Part shown: positions 13,501-24,842 of the stretch, one piece after another
Layout of the letters: each line of letters opens with the position of its first letter
Position numbering within the stretch: the first letter of the stretch is position 1
Source: Azolla caroliniana
Taxonomy: Eukaryota > Plantae > Polypodiophyta
Length of the DNA stretch: 42,812 nt
Direction: 5' to 3'
Assembly (NCBI GenBank): GCA_043228905.1
Contig: JBHGNT010000269.1
Coordinates: 1-42,812, forward strand
Notes under the pieces: generated by a model
Told to the model about the DNA's origin: nothing
The model's input: the letters and a program-made list of their open reading frames with translations, nothing else
The model's database searches: none
Position numbers and translations under genes: made by a program

Positions 13501-13676
13501 TTGAATATCAACAAATGTAAACATCTTCAACAAAGTTCGATATTTGGTCCTAGGAGTATTTTACATCATTGTATAAGAAAAGTTGTAACCTCTTTGGTAG
13601 CTAGGTTCAAGTTGTAGCCTTCAGATGTTTTTTCTTAATACTATTGAAGAAAATCCTTTAAAAAAAGAAAAAAGAA

Positions 13677-13915
13677 AAGAGCCCATCATATTGTCATATT
13701 GCCCATGCACTACCACCAATAAGCTCTCCCATAATTCTGGCAATATATTTGAGAGAAGAGGAATTATGGAAAAATATTGTCTTTTACAAAGATTCTTCCA
13801 TAAGATCCATAATGTAACCGTAGATACTATTTTCCATACATGGGTTGCACACATTTGCTTGCAAGGTTGTTGAAAAAGGGAGACAGAAATTAGATGCCTG
13901 TTGATGATAGTCATA
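13677..13915 (-). mobile_element. Older LINE fragment (right half, continuous with 6425-6660)
   Basis: ORF 13621-13914: VSLFQQPCKQ...WKIVSTVTLWILWK...LWESLLVVVHGQYDNMMGS, which ends exactly at the TSD. Confidence 0.75.
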
Positions 13916-13917
13916 GC

Positions 13918-14059
13918 TTATTAAGGAGTTAATAGGAATAAGTTAACTCTAGCCAATCCTTGTTTTTGTTGTTTTGGTGAGTCAGAGGATAGAGGTCTTA
14001 TTAAGGAGTTAATAGGAATAAGCTAACTCTAGCCAATCCTTGTTTTTGTTGTTTTGGTG
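13918..14059. repeat. ~62-bp direct duplication, 80-bp period
   Basis: ttaaggagttaataggaataag(t/c)taactctagccaatccttgtttttgttgttttggtg at 13921 and 14001. Confidence 0.9.
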
Positions 14060-14326
14060 GGCATAAGTAGAACTATAGGGAGTCTTTCCCCATCGTAAGG
14101 TCTCTACAAGCTCGAGCTAAACTCAAACTTGGAAATTCAATATGAAGTGCATGCCCTCAATCAAAATCTAAGATAAACATTAGGTTTTGTGGAAGTACAT
14201 GTCAACTTGTGAACAAATAACAGTGGGAGAAAATTTATTGCAAAGAAAACACCTATAGAATGTTATACGTATAATTTGTTAGGACTTGTGTTGCCCCTTA
14301 TAAATTTTCCAACATGAGAAAATAAG

Positions 14327-14640
14327 TTTTTTTATTTTTCTCCAAAAAAAAAACTCCTTCCATTAGTTATAAAATTTTACAAATGAGATTATTATGTACA
14401 AATCCCTGTAGGGACGCGATAGTTCCATCTTATGTGGATGTCCACTGACTCAAGAAAGGGAGAGGACGATCATTGTTGGATGAAGGCTATTCGTTGTCTT
14501 TCAACTCCATCGGAGCTGCCCTTGAGGCCATCATATTGGCTCTTTAGAGTGGCTACAATTTCACTCCATATCTCTTGCAAACGAAATGCCGAGAAGAAAG
14601 GAATCGGTGACAAATGCTCTTTGTGAACTATATATTGGTA
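14327..14640 (-). mobile_element. 5'-truncated LINE 3'-end fragment
   Basis: - strand translates LQEIWSEIVATLKSQYDGLKGSSDGVERQRIAFIQQ*SSSPF...RWNYRVP, the same C-terminal motif as the other LINEs. T-run (poly-A tail) near 14327-14339. Confidence 0.65.
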
Positions 14641-16091
14641 TTCAAGCTATGAGTTGTTGAATACCATGGAAAATAGAAGAATGCATGATATTGTCAATAC
14701 AAAGCATTGCCAACACTAAAATCATCAAGTTTTTTTATTCCTACCTTGTTCTTGGGCTTGGTTCAAACAATCATTTGTGGTGATTGATGAAGTTAATGTT
14801 CTTGAACTTCATTTTGGACCATTCATTTCATCAACATACAATGTTTTTGGGATTGGTTCAACCATTCATTTGATTGATAAATTTAAGCTTCTTGTTCACA
14901 ACATGTGGTTACATTAAGCTAAACTTTTTTTGGGAAAAAAAAAACATTAAGCTAAACCATTCAACTTATTTATAGATTAAATTTCTTATTCATAGTCAAT
15001 TCTATCCACCACTTGATTTGATTGGATTTATCCTTCATTTGATAAATAAAATAAAATTTTTAATCATGAACCAAGACATCCAACACACTTCTAAATGTGT
15101 GCATACGTTACATGTTATTCACACATCAACTTGTTGTCCAACACAATCTTAATTTGCACATATAATGTCAATGCTTGCAAGTGCCATCTATCTAGCTAGT
15201 GGGGTTTTGGAAGTGGGGCTTTATGTTACATTCACTATATTTAACTCTAAGGGGTTTGTGAGGCAATTGATTAGTAGGCATCAAATATTTAACCGTATGT
15301 AAACACATTGCTATATGTGTTGTAATCCCTATGTCTCACCAAAAACCAAATAACTGAATTTGCAATTTGCGATATGAACTTAATAAGTCTTCTTTTTTTT
15401 CCAAAAACAAAACTCCAACTTAATAAGTCTTAAATAGTAAGGATGTAGAATTAGGTTTGATAAGGTAGCTTGAATGAATTGTCTAATAGAAAAATATAAC
15501 AAACAACCATTATATTATGAGCAATATCAAACGTACCCCTCCTAGTTCAAGCAATGCCATGCCATATACCCATATCGTTGACAAATATAGTAGTTAATAT
15601 TGTTAAATATATACTTCTGTTAAACCAAATGTCCACTAATATGAAACTCAGCGTGTGCTAGAGGGGAATTGCGAAAAAGAGTCACAATCGCTAATCATTC
15701 ATTAGCAACATTATTAAATTGATCATATGACATGTATTTACCAACATGGTGCACATAAACTTTGATAACTATAATTTAAACATGTGAAATAACTTTATTT
15801 TGTGACGAAGCACGTAATTATCGATGTTATTACCAATTTAAAATCAACCGAAAACTAGTGTGATACTCTAATGGATGCTACATAAGTTTGTAATCAATGT
15901 GCTCAAAGATAAACTACTATAACATTTTAACTAGTTTTCTTTTTTTAAAACCTAATATTAAGAAAATAAATATGTTTGACAACCATGAGCTATAATCCTT
16001 AGTCCTTTTCAATTTGTAAAAGATCTCAAAATGATTGATGTGTAAGCTTCAAGAAATCAATTGGATGTAGAGTTTTTTTTTTCCAAACAAA

Positions 16092-16210
16092 ATATGCTTC
16101 ATTAGTAAGATTATGCATACTTGACAACTTGATTAGGCTAACAACATTACATATGCTTCATTAGTAAGTTTCTGCATACTTGACAACCTGATTAGGCTAA
16201 CAACATTACA
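16092..16210. repeat. 59-bp tandem duplication
   Basis: atatgcttcattagtaag...ctaacaacattac at 16092 and 16151. Confidence 0.9.
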
Positions 16211-16974
16211 ATGGCTCTAGCCATGACGACCTATGAAAACCACAAATAATATAGTCTAAGATTATTTCCACCTTCTCACCCAACCTTTTTGCCAAAAACT
16301 TCAAGGCACAAAACTATTACCACTGTTTGCAAAGCATGTGATCAATGCATTCAATGGTGCCCTACCTGTTATAGGCATGGTTCATCCCCCCCCGTCAAAC
16401 TCATATCAGCTAACATGGTCATGAGAGTTCCATTTCCGGCTTTTATAAAATGGTGTGTTACACCTTCCATTTCCAACTACTCTTTTCTCTACGTGAGCTT
16501 CCATTGCAACCATCACAACAACTACTTCCAAGGTTCATTACAGCTTCTGCACTAGAATTCCTACGAATCCTCCAAACTTCCTGCATCTTACCAAAGGTGG
16601 TTCATAAACATGAACTCCACAATCGATGAACATCTCCCTAAGTAATGTTGTTACCATGCCAACACCCATAACAACAAGTAATGTTGATGCCATGCCAAAG
16701 TCCATAACACCAAGTCCATTAGATTCAACATGTTGTATTGATATAGATTCTTTCACTATGATTGTTGCTGCATTTGAGAGTTCATCCAGATGAACATACC
16801 ATATTAAAATTCTCTCAGCCACATTGCCAGCTATCTCCTCATCAGTTACGACGTCATTGGCACTGGACACCTCATGCAACCTCCTTAATCCACGAGATTC
16901 TACAACAACATGTCAGGTAATTAACGACTTCTCTTGTATTTTTCTATGACCTTAGCTGAATACTAAACATGATA

Positions 16975-17970
16975 GCAAATTAGCTACATGGTAGGTAAAT
17001 AACAACCACTCTTGATACTGCTCGATACTCCTACATCCTCCCTAATTAGCTACATCTTAGCTAAGTATGGAAGTAGCTAATTAGCTACCACTTAGCTAAT
17101 TAGCTACATCTTAGCTAAATAGATATTCTTCTTAACTATGGCAGTAGCTAATTAGCTATCACTCTTGATAATGCTTAGCTAATTAGCTACATCTTAGCTA
17201 AATAACTATTCTTCTAAACTATGGTAATAGCTAATTAGCTATCACTCTTGATATTGTTTAGCTAATTAGTTGCTAGACTATAGGTCGGCAGTAGCTAATT
17301 AGCTACATCTTAGCTAAATAGTTATTCTTCGTAACTATTGCAGTAGCTAATTAGCTATCACTCTTGATAATGCTTAGCTAATTAGTTGCTGACTTTAGAT
17401 TGTCAGTAGCTAATTAGCTATTCTACTTAAGTATGGTAGTACCTAATTAGCTACATTGTAGCTAATTAGTTGCTACAATATAGGCTGCAATAGCTAATTA
17501 GCTACTTAAGTATGGTAGTAGCTAGTTAGCTACCACTCTTGATACAACTTAGCTAATTAGTTGCTACACTATAGATTGACAGTTGCTAATTAGCAATTCT
17601 ACTTAAGTGTTTAGTAGCTAATTAGATACATTGTAGCTAATTAGCTACTACACTATAGGCTGGCAGTAGCTAATTAGCTACATCTTAGCTAATTAGCTGC
17701 TAGACTATAGGTTGGTGGTAGCTAATTAGCTATTCCTCGCGGCGCTTTCACCTCTCGCCTATCGAAGTGATGTTCTTTCACTTGGTAGGAGAACTTGTCT
17801 AGAGAAGGATTTCCTGCTTAGATGCTTTCAGCGGTTCTTCCCTACCAACTTAGCTACCCGGCGCTGTTGCTGGCTAATTAGCTATTCTTCTTAACTATGG
17901 CAATAGCTAATTAGCTACCACTTTTGATATTGCTTAGCTAATTAGCTAAGATGTAACTAATTAGTTACTA
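16975..17970. repeat. Intronic minisatellite built on the 14-bp palindrome TAGCTAATTAGCTA
   Basis: About 25 copies of the core, counted by eye, with a few recurring spacers (tcactcttgataatgct, ttcttcttaactatggcag, cactataggctggcag). Confidence 0.95.
17736..17872 (-). pseudogene. rrn26: Fragment from near the 3' end of mitochondrial-type large-subunit (26S) rRNA; NUMT
   Basis: Reverse complement reads GCGCCGGGTAGCTAAGTTGGTAGGGAAGAACCGCTGAAAGCATCTAAGCAGGAAATCCTTCTCTAGACAAGTTCT...CGATAGGCGAGAGGTGAAAGCGCCGCGAG. GCTGAAAGCATCTAAG is the conserved 23S-type motif; the surrounding sequence resembles plant mitochondrial rrn26 as recalled, not searched. Confidence 0.8.
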
Positions 17971-19967
17971 CACTATAGAGACAAACGACAATTTTACCTG
18001 TTACTTTTCTCCACTCATCTGGGAAAGTTGTATTGCAATCCCCCAAATAGACTACACCAATGTGACATGCATATTGAAAGCAAACGATATGGTATGTGTG
18101 CTGCCATGGTCGTAGGTGTACCAATAGAGTAGCAGTTTTGTCCTCTACGCCTAAGTTGCAAGCGATGCAACGTGCTTGAACAGTCAATATATTGTTGTCT
18201 GGTTCTCCTTCGTTTTGTACGGGAGCAAGAATGTTGAGGTCAAATTCTTGTCTACTCTTTACCATCCCCTCCACAAAATGTAGTTGCTTCTTAAGGCAAC
18301 TAACTACCTGTTCTTGACGGGAGTATTGTTCCTAGCACGCAACCAAGAAATTACAGATTTATCATTCCTTAATGAGGAAGATAGAACAACAAGAAACAAG
18401 AATCATTAACTTACTAGGAGGTTCTCGAAATTGTAATCATCGACAATATTTACACCTAGAAGGTCCAGGTTCATTGAAAGAACCTAGATCTTTGTCTACA
18501 GTTGTATTTTCCACTAGGGATCCAACGACCCCTCAATTTCGAGCTCATGTTGAGCAACCTGTTTTAGATAATGCCTCACTAAGCACATTTTCATGTACAA
18601 GTTATTTATAACATGTTACATACTAGCCTGTATCATCGACATTGGCTTTCATTGTGTTTCGGTGTGGTGTATACTTGCGGGTTTGTTGGGAGTCAACAGT
18701 TGCATCATCAACTACCATGCTCCAGAATCTTGCCATTTTTTGTTGCAAGCTCCCCATATTCCGGCATCGTTCTACCGATGCCTCACCATAAATAGCCCAA
18801 GCTACCCTGTACATTTCAGGGTCCGTTGCTTCCTTCATTGTTTTGCAATACTCGTATGCAAAACCTCTCGCAAATGCAACAGACAACTTGTTGTTGACCG
18901 GGACCTCTTGATGTACTTTTTGGTGGATCCTGATGCAGTTGTCATACAACTCTAGTCATACATGCTTGAGCTTCACCTCGCCTTTCATTCTAGGACTTTA
19001 TAGACTGACAACCAGTCTACATCACTAATCAATTTATCTGTTAGAACAACAGGGTCAATACCCTCTAGCGATAGACCATATATGTTGTTAAAGTCTTCTT
19101 TTGTCTCACAAAACTTTGCAAAGTTCAACACTCTAAGATATGGAGGAATGGGCCACCTGAAATAAAAAATCAATACATATTACCTCTGCTCTACTAGGAC
19201 ATGTGTATTTAGAACCATAATTGGTAGGGAAGAATCAAAAATAAAAAATTAGCCACATTCACCCAAATCCTAAATCGAGTTTGGGGGAAGTTTGCAGACA
19301 AACAACCATTGAAATCAGAAATGTGAATCGGTGCAAAATTCCAACACTAAATCTGAAATTTTCAACAGTAATCAGAAATCAACCGCTTAAAAAATAAAAT
19401 CCCTATTTAGAAACCCTGTTTAGAAACCTTAATCAGGAACCCTAATAAGAAATCAACCGCTTAAGGAAATCAAAAAGCCTAATTAGAAACCCTAATCAGA
19501 AATATGTATGAAATCAACCCTAATAATAAAAAATTGTCAATAAAAAACACACATGCTACTATACCCTGATCTTCAAGACATCCTTGTTTGGGACTCTAAC
19601 AACTTCATCCTAATCATTTTTTATAAAACATGAATAGGCAACAAAGTTACAGTTATTAGAAAGGGAAAAAAATAAATTTAATTTGTAACTGATACATACA
19701 TGGACGAGGATCGAGCTGGTGGTGTGCTATAGCTTTGAAGGTGCAATGTCGATATCAGAGTTTTTGTGCTGTTGCAGAAGCTTCGTCTACATTCATGCTT
19801 AGAGTACTCCATATGTTTGGATTTCGAACTCAAACTCGGGATTAACAGGAATTTGGTGACATTCAAGTCGAGTTTAGATGAGGGCACTATTCCCCAAGTT
19901 CCACTACGTCAAAAACCAAAGTTCAAATTTTTGAGTATTCTCATAAATTAAATGACATATATTTAAC

Positions 19968-21311
19968 TAATAAAGCACAATGCGCTGAAATACACAATTT
20001 GGAAACACGGGAAAAAATGTACACAGATTTTACGTGGAAACCCTAAAGTGGGAGAAAACCATGGAAAACGGAACTTCACTATACGGTGGATATACAATGA
20101 CGAGATTAGAGTACAACACTCTCTACACCGAGTGTATCAACCGCGCAGGGCTCTTGGCGTAATGTATTATAGAACACAGCTATGGTGCCGCTCGCTCAGT
20201 CTCTCTTCTCGTTCTCACTACTCTCACTTCTTGTATATCGTTTGCCCTAGGTGTATTTATCCTAATACACAATATTTGCTATTTGCAAATGTAGCCCCTA
20301 CTATACATCACTTAGACCATTATTATCTATAATAATAATAAGTAGCTATTAGCCGCCTCTAGGATCAACTATCCAGTCGGTCCGACTAGTCGGCCTGGTC
20401 ATAGACCATCTGGTCGGCTCGACTAGTCGGTTGCGTCTTCGACCTGGATCTCCTTTGTGTTGCCTCACCCAGTCAACTCTCACAATTGACTTCCTCGCAG
20501 CCGACTCTTCAACCATCGGTGCTCGGCCCAAACAGTCGGCTCCTCCCACTGGAGGGACATATTCCTAACAAACTCCCCCTTCACTCCTGTGGGGAGGAGT
20601 TCGTTATTCTTGTCCTCTGTCGACAGACTCTGAGTCTGTCCATCGGTAGGTTCTTTGTCAGGATGTCGGATCCATTGTTGTCAATATGGATCTTCACGAG
20701 GGTAAACTCTCCTTCTTCGACTTTCTCCTGCAACCAGTGATACCTTCTTTGTATGTGCTTGGTCCGGGAGTGGTATGCAGCATTCTTGGCTAGATGTATG
20801 GCACTCTGGCTGTCATAGTGAAGCAAGAAATCCTTTTGCTTCATCCCCAACTCGTTGAGAAATTTTCTCATCCAAATCAACTCCTTGTCGGCCTCTACCA
20901 CTACCATATACTCTGCCTCTGTGGTCGAAAAGGCCACAGACTTCTGCAATCCCCTTGCATAGGTCATCATGTACCCTGACGTGGATCAGCTTGAGTCTAC
21001 ATCCCCCGACATGTCCATGTCGATAAACCCTTTGAGCATGGGTTTTTGGACACCATACTTAAGACACACACCCGAGGTGCCTTTTAAGTACTTGAGTATC
21101 CATTTCACCGCTGCTCATTGTTCTTGTCCTGGATTACTCATGTATCGGCTTACTGTTCCCACAACAAATGTTATGTCTGGTCTCGTGCAGACCATAGCGT
21201 ACATTAAGGCCTCATCTCAGCCTTTTCATTCAGTTAATTGGCAACATTGAGTCGACCGGCTTTGCTTCCGACATGTTGAATCTTTCTAGGATGTTCGTCA
21301 CATTGTCCTGT
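19968..21311 (-). mobile_element. Ty1/Copia 3' portion: RT end, RNase H, PPT and 3' LTR (~19968-20570)
   Basis: LMYAMVCTRPD, AVKWILKYLKG, QKSVAFSTTEAEY, DSQSAIHLAKNAAYHSRTKHI and SDILTK. PPT AGGGGGAGTT at 20580-20571 is followed by TGTTAGG. Cut at 21311 by a Gypsy LTR. Outer LTR boundary approximate. Confidence 0.9.
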
Positions 21312-24079
21312 TGTCACGCTTGCACGTAGGAAACTAAGGCAGGACAACGGGGGCCCTGAACCGAGGAGTGCGCGAAGATAGAAGGCAAAGAAAGAGAAAG
21401 AGTGAGACGGTAAGAGCCAGATGTCGGCAAGCGCAGAGCTTGCCGTATCAGACAATGAGATGACAACACACCAAGACAAACAGAGAGTCGCAACAGTTTA
21501 GAGAAGATTGCAACTGAGTAGAGATCACACTTAGGAAGAATCGATTACAACTTAAGAAGAGTTTATTACAACTAAACGGAGATTACAACCGACACGTCGG
21601 CGTCCTCACCAAACACTCATACTCACACGCACACACACACACCAGGTCCAAAATGTGTTGTGTAATCTCTACCGGAAGCACACGGACTTTCCTCGCGAAT
21701 AGAGGCGTCCACCCAAGAATCCTATAGAGATAACAAAAGAAATTGGTGCTCGGTTCCCAGTCCGACCACACCTTCTCCTCTCCCCAAAACCCGATCCCTC
21801 TCTCAATCTTTCTTTCCCCTTTTTATAGGCCGCTGAGGGTGGGCCATTACATCCTTGTTACATCACCTTTATTCTTTGTCCCTTCGGATAGAGATACGCC
21901 TTGATTTGCTAACCTATTAGCATGTTTATATTTACGTCACGCTGACCTATTCTTAAATAAGGTACATTAACTTAAATCGGTGCAAATCCGTGTAAAACTC
22001 GTTCACGCGTTAGGACTCCCAATTCCTCCTATGGCTGGTTTTCTCCACAACATCCACCCCCACCAAACCGCGCATCCACCGACATGCGCCTAAAAGAGAC
22101 AAATACCGGGAGAAAATCGGTCCGTCGTCAACCATTGCTCTCCGAATCATCGTCCGCTCTCTCCAGGACCGGCTAGTCTTCGTGCCGCTTCTTGACCGCC
22201 TTGATTCTCTTCCCCGCCACTAGCACCACGTTCCGCTTTCCATCGAGCTCCATGAGATGGTAGGTGTTGTTGTTCGTGCCTGTTACGGTGTAGGGCCCGA
22301 ACCACCTCGTCTCGAACTTATGCGTTGCCTTGTGCGGATTGTCGAGGCTATTGTTGTAAACTAGCACCTAGTCGCCTTCCTCAATCTTCTTCGGTCATAG
22401 CTGGTGCGTCTGGTCGAACCGGCCTTTATTCTTCACCCTCGCAACGTGTAGCTTCGCCTTCGCCCGGTCCACGTCCTCCGGTCTTCGCTCAAGTTGGCAA
22501 ACCCACGTCACCAACAACTCTTCTCAGCGCATCTCGTCTCTCCAGTCCACTGTTGCCCATGAGGAAATCGTCTGCTCCATCGGCATAATCGGCTTTTGCC
22601 CGTACATAAGCTCCGTCGGCATGAACCCGGTTATCGAACTGTGCGTAGTTCGGTCTGCCCAAAACGTTTAAGGTAGGAGTCGCGGCCGATTACGACTTGT
22701 CCTTCGCACGCTCGTACTAACGCCTTCACGATTGGCCCGTGTCCGCGTTCCACCTTCCCGTTCGCCTCCGGATTGTACGTTGTAGTGAGAGAGAGCTTAA
22801 CCCCTAACCGGCTGAACAACTCCTCGGCTTCCTACACATCAAGCTCTCCCCGATCAGCCACGATCTTCCCTACGCACCTGTACTGCCATATCACTTCCTC
22901 GATCAAGAACCAACAGACGACCGCAGTCGTCTTGTTCTGCATCAGATGACCCTCCACTTGGTTCATCAGGTCCTCTCGTGCAAGCGCCAAGTACCGCATC
23001 TGCCCTACCCTCATCGGCATCGTCACTAAGTCCACCATCCACTTGAAATGAATAGTCGGCGGGTAGGTCGGGTGCAGCTCGTCTCGGTACCGGATCGCGG
23101 AATGCACTTGGCAGCTTTCACAGGTTGTCATGAATTGGCGCACGTCCTAGTACATTCCCGACTACCAATATTTCTCCTTCAGCTGCTCGAATGTAGCCCA
23201 CATTCCGCGGTGTTCGGCTTAAGGGCTCTCATGATACACCGTTATCAATGCCTTCGGTTCCTCTACTCTTGCTGCTACGCGGAGTGGGACACCGTTTCGC
23301 TTCTTCGGATGCCTCCATAAGCTCCCGTCCCATAGGAAGAACCGATACGCCTTCTTCCGGATCCAGTTTGCCTCATCCTTCGTCCATGCCACGTCTGGTG
23401 TCAACGTCTTCAAGTACCTGCCGAACTGGAGCCACTCCCCGTCGTACTCGCCTTCGTTAAATTTGTTAACTGTCGAAGTGTGCTCTTCTTTTGCCGCTAT
23501 GCTTGCCGACTCGAAGAAGTCTACACCGACTTCTTCGTCTTTAGAAACCATGACGTCTTCATCATTGAACCGTGCTCTGGAAAGCATGTCGGCCATGGCG
23601 TTGTCCTTCCTGAAGATGTGTCATATCTCCGAATTCAGGGACTTAATGTACGCGATCCACCTGAGCATTGTCAGGTCCGTTGTCGCGCATCCAGAAACCA
23701 TACTAAGGATCAGTAGGCAGTTTGTCTCAATTATTACCTCTGTCCCGATCAGATAGTCTTTGTCGGCCTAGACTGCTGAAACGATACCCTAGAGTTCGCG
23801 CTTAACCTGGGCATATCCTGGCTGCCACTCACTTAGTACCTTTGCTCCGAGTCGGATGGGGAACCTCGTGCCATTCTTGTCCTCCTGGTGGACCACCCAT
23901 CCAATCCCAGTCAGACTCGTATCCACGGTCATATAAATCGGGACCCCCCCTTCATAAACCGCTTTCGAGAGTGTTGGTACCGCAGTTAGCGCCTCCTTCA
24001 ACCTTCAGATCAACTCTGCATGCTCTTCGCTCCATTCGAACTTACGCCCCTTCTTCAACAACCCGTAGAGCAATTCCGT
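21312..24079 (-). mobile_element. Ty3/Gypsy 3' portion: RT end, RNase H, integrase, PPT and 3' LTR (21312-22052)
   Basis: RNase H TVDTSLTGIGW...YAQVKREL...NAMADMLSRARF. Integrase HESP...CESCQ, WMVDLVTMP, IVADRGEL, YNPEANGKVERGH and RWFGPY. PPT GGTGGGGGTGGA precedes a 741-bp TG...CA LTR. RH-INT order indicates Gypsy. Confidence 0.9.
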
Positions 24080-24842
24080 TGTCGTGAAGATTTTCGGCGA
24101 TAGTGTGTAAATTGTGAGGAAAATACAAAATCGAGTGTGGTTCTTCTCACAAGATATGAAACAATAATAGTGAAGATACTATTCTAAATAAGTTTAATAT
24201 CTTGGTACGAAAAGATGGAGGTCTTAAAGAGCTTTCGAATGCACTTTACTACATAAGAAACAGACAACGAAGTGTCAAGTTATGTGGGTATAAAGATTGC
24301 GAAGAAGAAGAGAAAAACAAAACTATGAGATATCCCACATAGATAGGACAAATAATGATCCCAGAATATATAAGCAGACCAATATCTCTTCATAATATAT
24401 CTATGTGTTTGGAGCATAGAAAGGTTGAGTTGTATGACTTGATGAATGGATGTAGCCAAATTTGATGGTTTTGGACGAATCCAGACAGAACCGGACCGTT
24501 AGACGGATGGCGAAGGAATCGGATGCGGATCGGATGGACCGAACGGGTAGATTTATCGCGACGCACGATGTCTTGAAGTTTTCCGGTGTGAAATGAACAA
24601 AATCGTCTAGTTCTTTGGAGGTCAAGTGAAGGTGTAATATGCACTTAAACATTTGTAAAAACAAGACTAAAAAGCCTAGTAAAAAGAAAATTTGTATACA
24701 AAGGGGTGCAAGTAAAAATTTGAACCTTGCACCTCCAAGTTTAAAGTCGATAGGCTTACCACTAAGCCAAGTCATCTCTTCAAAAGGTTTACTTGATCAT
24801 TTTACATGTAAATTCTCATACATGAGAGCTTAGATGATGGCA
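24080..24842. mobile_element. Solo-LTR-like element (~760 bp) with a - strand tRNA-like cassette
   Basis: Starts TGTCGT where pol breaks off and ends GATGGCA where gag begins. - strand A-box TGGCTTAGTGG (24769-24759) and B-box GGTTCAAA (~24726-24719). Flanks CCGT/TGGC do not match; right boundary uncertain. Confidence 0.55.

Larger units (their letters stand above)
6661..13676 (+). mobile_element. Full-length degenerate L1-clade LINE retrotransposon
   Basis: ORF1 and ORF2 remnants, an A-rich tail at 13660-13676, and an 18-bp TSD with 2 mismatches: AAGAGCCCAACATATTAT (6643-6660) / AAGAGCCCATCATATTGT (13677-13694). Confidence 0.9.
16300..19615 (-). pseudogene. Spliced pseudogene of an unknown protein with a degenerate RING-like zinc finger, possibly transposon-borne
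   Basis: ORF pieces 18985-19173, 18623-18949, 17957-18274 (CIACNLG...LRPWQHTYHIVCFQYAC...DC) and 16538-16879. GT-AG intron 17997-16900 is in phase on both sides; intron 18414-18332 has an in-frame acceptor. Stops and frameshifts present; ends uncertain. Confidence 0.55.

Noticed and set aside
693-16210. Two unrelated tandem duplications both with a 59-bp period
   Set aside because: No sequence similarity, and other duplications here have 32- and 80-bp periods. Likely coincidence.
16975-17970. CRISPR-like array (palindromic repeat with spacers, one foreign insert)
   Set aside because: Spacers are themselves repeated and variable in length, the context is a eukaryotic intron, and there are no cas genes. 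It is a minisatellite.
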